Below, one piece after another: positions 55,618 to 64,000 of a stretch of 64,000 nt of DNA. Under the pieces are notes generated by a model. The model made no database searches and was not told the DNA's origin. It saw nothing but the letters and a program-made list of their open reading frames with translations. Source of the DNA: the human T2T-CHM13v2.0 reference genome, Homo sapiens. The DNA is taken from assembly GCF_009914755.1 (NCBI RefSeq), contig NC_060926.1; one strand, given 5' to 3'. Each line of letters opens with the position of its first letter. Position 1 is the stretch's first letter. The position numbers and the translations under genes are program-made.

Positions 55618-58051
55618 GAAAAAAAATGGGTAACTCAATAGACGCTTGAATAGGTACTCCACAAAAAAGGACATACAAATGGCCAATAAACATATGAAAG
55701 GGTATTCAGCCTCATTAGTAATTAGGAAAGTGCAATATGATATACTGTACATTCATGTTTAAAGACTTATAACACCAAATGTTGCCTAGGATATGCAATA
55801 ACAGGTACACACTAGGGTAGGAGAGTAAGTTGACACAATAACTTCAGAAGATAATTTGGCAATGATCTTCTAAAGCAGAACATTTGTATACTCCAGGATC
55901 CAGCAATTCTATCCTCAGGAATATATTCAATAGAAATGAAGGCATATATGTACCAAAGACATTTACAATAATGTTGAGTGACAGAAGCCAGACACACAAG
56001 TATATACTCCATTTATCTATATAACTTAAAAACTGTCAAACTATGATGTTACTAGTTAGCAGGAGAGAAGGTATAGTGATTGGGAGAAGCATGAGGGGGT
56101 AATGTTCTATTTCTTCATCTAGGTGGTAGACAAATGGGTGTATTCATTTTGTAATAATTTTTGACCCAAACATTTGTTTTGTACATTTTTTTCTGTATGT
56201 GAATGATGTGCCAATAAAAAAAGATTTAAAAATAAAGCCAAGCTTCCTGCCCCCATGGACTTTACATTCTTCTATGAGGATCCCTGCTCTCCTCCCTGTT
56301 GACTGGCTTCAATCTAAGGCTGCAAGTGGTGGCAAAGTAGCGACCAGCAGCTCCTAGTCTACAACTTCCCACGTTCAAACAAGTAGAAGTCAAGGCATAC
56401 TTGTCTTAGGAGTTCAGCAAAAGTCCCACGTTGCCTCTGACTGGCTCTAATTGGAGCATGCCTTCATCTCTGATCCAATCACCGTGGCCAGTGTGAGACT
56501 CTAATTGGCCAAGCCTGAATCACAGCCAACTCATGAAGCCAGAGTCAAATGGAGTCAGCTTCACCAGAACACGTATAATAAAAATAGGTAAAGATTCAAA
56601 CAAAACAAAACTGTGGCCCTGTTTCAAAAGAGGAAATAAATATGGGTTGTAAACCCAACAAATGTCTGTAACAGATCTCCTGCAAATGAGAACCTGGATT
56701 TCCTACTTCGTGTTAAGCTAACTTCCCTTTAATTCCTTCATTTTATCACATGTCCCAGGGATTTGGCTCTTCCACTGCTATCATGATTGCAAATGGACTC
56801 TTTTCTTCTTCTCTTTGGTCACCTGAGAAATAAGGTACTCTCTCCTACTCCATCTCTATTTTTCTGACTTCGAAATAAGACAAAAACAATTAACCAGACA
56901 GATGAAAGTGAATAACAATAACAACAAAAATTTATTTAGAGTTTTAAATGTTTGTTTCTGCTAGAAAGTGCATGTTAACATAAAGGCTAATAAAAATAAT
57001 CAGACCTTAGAAAGTAAGTTCTATTTCTATCCCTCTTCAAAGGATCCTTTGAGATGCCTCAGGGAGTACCTCCTCTGGTCAGTTTTCTTTACCACCCCCA
57101 CCCCTGATCTGAGTTATTGAACACCTCTGCCCCTGTGCTCACTCATACTATATTGTAGTTTTCTGTTTACTTATCTGCCTTACGCATTGGCTCATGTGTT
57201 CCTTGAAGGAAGGGTTTCTACCTTTATCTCTGTATTAGCACTACAAAGCTCAGTGTCTGGGACATATACAGTGAAGGGTCAGTAAATATTTTCAGAATGA
57301 GTGAGTGTTTCATATCCCAGTTATACTTAAACCTGATAGCAGCCCTGTGAGATAGAGGTGATCAACCTGAGGCTTAGAGAGGTAAGGTAGGTGACTTGCT
57401 TAAGGTCATAAATAGTAAGTAGAATCAGGATTGGAGCTCAAATCTATCTGATAAAAAGTCTGAGCCCTTGACCAGGGCTTTGGTCAAAACTGTTCATTTA
57501 TTTGGAATAAGGTTCAAAATGTAGCTGGGAGTAGTTTTCCCTGATTGAATCCTACCTGCCTTTCTAACCCTTTTTGTCATTTTTCTCCTTCACGCATCTT
57601 TCCTCACAGCCCCTGAACAGACTTGGGCTTTCCTGCCTCTTTGTTTTCACTGGACTCTGTCAACTCTGCTTACTAAACTCTTACACCTTCTTCAAGGATC
57701 AGCTCAGACATCATCTCTTTTACAAAATTTTCCTTTATCACATACCCAGAAGTGACATCATCCTCCTTTGAATTGTCATATTATTTCCTGAACCATGAAC
57801 ATGGCATGTGTGACATACTAGCTCTGCTCAAACTATTAGTCTCCATATTAAACTACTAGATCATGCCTTGTCCTCTTTATGGCCCTTAGTATAGTGATTT
57901 GCACATAGTAGACTTTTTACAAATTTGCTGAATAAATTAATGGTGGTAGTGGTGACTTTTTGGTATGCCAACCATTTCCCCCACTGTCTAGGGCTTAGGA
58001 CTGTGCAAATCATTGTTAGATCTGCCCTATTTCTTCATACCTTATAGGCTG

Positions 58052-58425
58052 TGATATGGTTTGGCTGTGTCCCCACCCAAGTCTCATCTTGAATTGTAGT
58101 TCCCATAATCCCCACATGTTGTGGGAGGGACCCAGTAGGAGGTAATTGAATCGTGGGGACATTTTCCCCCATGCTATTCTGATGATAGTAAGTTCTCATG
58201 AGATCTGATGATTTTATAAGAGGCTTCCCCCTTCACTTGGCTCTCATTCTTCTCTTTCCTGCTGCCATGTGAAGAAGGACGTGTTTGCTTCCCCCTTCAC
58301 CATGATTGTAAGTTTTCTGAGGCCTCCCCAGCCCTGTGGAACTGTGAGTCACTTAAACCTCTTTCCTTTATAAATTACCCAGTCTCCGGCATTTCTTCAT
58401 AGCAGCATGAGAACAAACTAATATA
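58052..58425. mobile_element. THE1-type MaLR solo LTR
   Basis: TGATATGGTTTGGCTGTGTCCCCACCCAA...AACTAATATA with a 5-bp TSD GGCTG. Confidence 0.9.
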
Positions 58426-58730
58426 GGCTGTATTCTCTCTTGATAACCAAAGGAGTTTTATATATTCAGAACTACCAAATATCAGCTTGGCAAATTTAAG
58501 TATAAATGGGCTTTTGATAGCTGTTAACAATGGGTTTTCACAAGTAGTTGGGAGACATGGCTTTGTGAATAAGTTTTGTTTCGTTTTCATTAAGAAGGAA
58601 TAGTGACTGGGACAAGAAAAAGAAGGGAATATATTCCAGGTGTTTCTAGGGGTGAGGTAATTTGGCCTGCTAACAGTAAAACCCCAAGTTAATCAGAACC
58701 CGATTAACTTGCATTAATTGGCACCTCAAT

Positions 58731-58732
<2 letters not shown>

Positions 58733-58768
<36 letters not shown>

Positions 58769-58830
58769 TAAAGCAGACAGAAAAAGGGAGAGAGAGAGAG
58801 AAGAGACAGAGAGAAGAGAGAAGGGGAAAG
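58733..58830. repeat. (CA)n followed by a GA-rich tract
   Basis: Perfect CA run then a purine-rich repeat. Confidence 0.9.
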
Positions 58831-60561
58831 GATCTGCCCTTAATAGAGACAAATGACAACAACAAATGAAACAGCAGCAAAATAATATCAAAACAGCATC
58901 TAGCCGCATAGGTTCTGCTCTCAATAACAGCATCATTTTCAGAAACGAAGCAACTCAAAATCCTGAATCATGTGACAAGATTGAAAGATAAAAGGGCTTA
59001 ACCAGAAAATTCATGTAACCAGCACATGTCATTTCCCACAAATTATGCTTAAGCAGTGTTGTATATCATATCACTATAGTCTTATAAGATTATAGTTATA
59101 CATCATCACTATATCATATATCATATCACTATATAGTTATATATCACATCACTATAATCTTATAAGATTATGGTGAGCCACCTAGAAGTTGTGGGTAGGT
59201 ATGACTATATAATATTCTTCAAGAAAACAACTTTGGAAAGTTATTTAAGGCTTGAATTATATTATAGCAATGAAACTAACTGGAAATATAAGGGTATTTT
59301 TAAACAGACTTGAATCTTCAATATGCAGCTGGAGCAGCAGATCCTGGTATGACTTGTTTTCTGCTAACTTGCAGGCTTCTTCAATGATCAGGTTTCAAGT
59401 TTCACTGCGGCAACTGACTCAAAGTGATTATTTAGCCTGCAAAATAGAAAAGAGTATAAAGGGACATGGTTGAAGTACTGAAAATTGCAATTACAGAGGG
59501 CACGTGAAAATTGATCTGTTCCTCCTTTTTATCTGGTTGAATACAGGAACAAGAGAATTTAAAATACATTTTAGTTTTAATGAGAATACCAGAGATGTAT
59601 GATTTTATGTGGCATTTTAAGAGGATATTATTCACAATGGCAAAGGAATCATGGGGAAAAAAAGTGACAGAAGATATATATTTTTTACTGAATAATCACA
59701 CATTTTAACGTTTAGCGATAGAGTCAACAAAATCATGTTTCAGGTGGTTAGACCCCAAGAACTTTTGGGCTAACACTGAAGATTCTGCTGGAAGAACACA
59801 ATGGCTAGTACAATAAGTAAGGTTGGGAGCAAATTAACATGGTGGGCAAAGTGGTCCGTGTGTCACATAGTGTCCACATAATGATGATGATGATAAGGAT
59901 AATAGCTAGTGTGTTTACAGCTACTTCCCCATTATTTGTAAGAAAAATTATATGAGTTTCATTTTGTTTTGTTTTCTTTTTTGCTTGAATTGCCTTCCCT
60001 GGGCTCCTTCCCAGCTCCCACATGCCCAATTCTGCATATTCAAATTTGACCTCTTCTTCAAATACCCTTTTAAAAATGCAGTGTAGTGCAAACAGCAATC
60101 TCTGACCTCACTACTAAGAAAGAGTAATCTTCTACTCTGCATCCCTCCTCCATACCTCTCATGCAGCACTAGTCATTTCCTGCCTAGTAATGTGGCTATG
60201 TGACTTATTATGTGGTTAGTTTCCCTTACTAGATCTTTGCATACGATTCATTATTTATCTCTGTATTCTCTGCATTGTCATAAGCTTTTATATAATAAGC
60301 AACGAACAAATATTTATAAATAATTATAAATATGTGTTTAATTAATGGAATAGTAGGAATGGAGTTGTATTAATTTCACTTTGTCACATCAGGCTCTCTT
60401 TGACCAATGTCTCATCTTTTCCAAGGATAAAGATGTAGTTCTTATGACTTCATGGACTCAGCATTGCCAGTGTTCAGACAGTGTACAATAGATATGTGCC
60501 AGAATCTTTATGTGTGAGTTAATTTTATACATTTTATAAATTTCATATATATATATATATA

Positions 60562-60867
60562 TTTTTGTTTGTTTGTTTGTTTGTTTTGAGATGAAGTCTC
60601 GCTCTGTTGCCCAGCCTGGAGTGCAGTGGCGTGATCTCGGCTCACCATAACCTCCGCCTCCCAGGTTCAAGTGATTCTCCTGCCTCAGCCTCCTGAGTAG
60701 CTGGGACTGCAGGTGCATGCCACCACACCCAGCTAATTTTTGTATTTTTAGTAGAGACGGGGTTTCACTATGTTGGCCAGGCTGGCCTCGTACTCCTGAC
60801 CTCATGATCCACCTGACTCGGCCTCCCAAAGTGCTGAGATTACAGGCGTGAGCCACCGCGCCCAGCC
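60562..60867 (-). mobile_element. Alu (S-type) with (TTTG)n/(TA)n tail
   Basis: Antisense Alu dimer. Confidence 0.94.
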
Positions 60868-61023
60868 AAATTTCATTATATTTTAATGCCAGAGGGGTCT
60901 TGCTATTTAGAGGAACCATACATAGGATCCTTCTGAAATATTTAGCTTCTAATTTAAGAGTTTTGTAAGTTGTAATTTTAATACGCAGTGTTTTTTATAT
61001 TTGTATTTTTTAAAATTTCTTAT

Positions 61024-61324
61024 TTTTTTTTTTTTTTTTTTAGATGGAGCCTCGCTCTGTCACCCAGGCTGGAGTGCAGTGGTGTGATCTCGTCTCACTG
61101 CAGCTTCTGCCACCCAGGTTCAAGAAATTCTCCCTGCCTCAGCATCCCAAGTAACTGTGATTACAGGCGCCTGCCACCATGCCCAGCTAATTTTTGGATT
61201 TTTTAGTAGAGACGGGGTTTCGCCATGTTGGCCAGGCTGGTCTTGAACACCTGACCTCAGATGATCCACCCACCTCGGCCTCCCAAAGTGCTGGGATTAC
61301 AGGTGTGAGCCACCTCGCCTGGCC
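61024..61324 (-). mobile_element. Alu (S-type)
   Basis: Antisense Alu dimer. Confidence 0.94.
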
Positions 61325-61339
61325 CCAAAAATTTCTATA

Positions 61340-62170
61340 CAGTAAAAGTCACTCATTTTAGCACATGACACCATGTGTTTTTACAAATGCATAGAGTCAT
61401 ATAATCAAGAAACAGAAAGTGCCATCACTCAAAAAATTCTCTCATACTGTCCTTTTGTTAGCTTGTCCCTTTGTCCCTGACCCCTGGCAACCACCTATCT
61501 GTCCTATGTCCCTATAGTTTTGCTTTTCCCGAATGTCATATAAATGGAACTAGAAAGAATACAGCCTTTTGAGTCTGGCTTCTTTCACTTAACATAATGC
61601 ATTTGAGATTTATTCATATTGTTGTAATATGTATCAATAGTTCATTTATTTTCATTGTTGAGTAGTATTCCATAGTATGGAGATATTCATACTATGGAAT
61701 ATCAAAGGAATATCATACAGTTGAAGGATATTTGGGTTGTTTCCAGGTTCTGGCTATTATGAATAAATCTACTGTAAATATTCACGTACAGTTTTTTGTA
61801 TGAACATATGCTTTCATTTTTCTTTGGTAAATATCTAGGAGTAGGATTATTGGCCATGTGGTATGTGTATAACCTCATGAAAACTGCCAACTGCTTTCCA
61901 AAGTGGCTGTACCATTTTGCATTCCCATCAACAACGTATGAAAATTGCTCTACACCATTACCAGCACTTGGTAGTATATGCGTTGTTTCAAAAAAGCCAT
62001 TCTAATGAGTATATAGTAGTATCTCGTTGTGGTTTTAATTTGTTTTTCTCTAATTACAAAAGGTGTTGTGCATCTTTTCATGTACTTATTTTGCTATCTG
62101 TATCTCTTCTTTGATGAAATATCTGTTGAAATCTTTTGTCCATTTAAGAAATTGGGTGTTTTTTATGGTT
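61340..62170 (-). mobile_element. Old L1 (L1MB/MC-like) 3' region
   Basis: CCCCTGGCAACCAC..GAATGTCATATAAATGGAA..CTGGCTTCTTTCACTTA..CCAAAGTGGCTGTACCATTTTGCATTCCCA. Confidence 0.8.
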
Positions 62171-62639
62171 TGATTTTATTTAAATACTTTAAAAAATCAA
62201 ATAGTTAATTTTGTAGAAAAATTAGAAAATTTAGATAAGAAAAAAAGAGAATTTAAATAACCCATGAATCCACAACTAAGAGATAACTAGTTTAACATTT
62301 TGGTATACGTACTTTCAGACTATTTTTTAATGCAGATATACATGTTACAGACATCTAATCTGAATTACCTTGGCTGCATCAGCCTAAATGTTCTGGCTGA
62401 ACGGTGGATGGTCAGACTCATTTCTACACCTTGCTCACAAAATGCAACTTAAGATGGGAGAATTTAGTTTCTTCTATGGAGAAACTAAGTTGCTTTACTC
62501 TCTCGTACTGACATTTGGTAGTCGGCCAATAAAAAGGCTGGTGTACCAACCGATCACCATAAGTGAAACCCACCATTTGACCTGTCCTCCTCACTCCAGC
62601 AAGGCCTTCCAATATATCTTTTTAGTTTATTTCTGTCAT

Positions 62640-63900
<1,261 letters not shown>

Positions 63901-64000
63901 CTAAGAAAAAAAGTTTTTGTTTTTACCAAAAAGTCCTGCCTTATGACATTTAAAGATTATGATAAAGCTATAGTGAGAGGAAGTGGGGAAAGGAAGTGGA

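Overview
Primate (human-like) genomic DNA covering the 5' end of VPS54, a GARP-complex subunit, on the minus strand. It holds a CpG-island promoter and non-coding exon 1 (donor at 42575), a ~35 kb intron 1, exon 2 with the start codon (7473-7628) and exon 3 (5257-5498), followed by ~21 kb of repeat-rich upstream sequence. The dominant accessory feature is an ~8.7 kb HERV-K(HML-8)/HERVK11-type provirus with MER11-type LTRs (12045-20745, + strand, antisense to VPS54). It is nested in the ORF2 region of an old, apparently full-length L1MA-type LINE-1 (~9675-26031). All proviral genes are disrupted. About 30 Alu/FLAM copies, MaLR LTRs, Tigger/hAT fossils and microsatellites fill the rest. I see no convincing wholly new biological system. 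The best leads are: (i) a 313-bp block where the two LTRs are far more alike (5 mismatches) than in their flanks (~8%), ending exactly at an 83-bp deletion, which suggests LTR-to-LTR gene conversion; (ii) uORFs in the VPS54 leader, one overlapping the start codon and in frame with a hypothetical exon3-to-exon2 back-splice; (iii) a 304-codon open Env SP/SU frame; (iv) an in-frame 111-bp duplication in the Gag matrix region; (v) an AT-rich cruciform-type palindrome. Repeat family names are from recall of consensus sequences, not a database search. Boundaries of old repeats are approximate.
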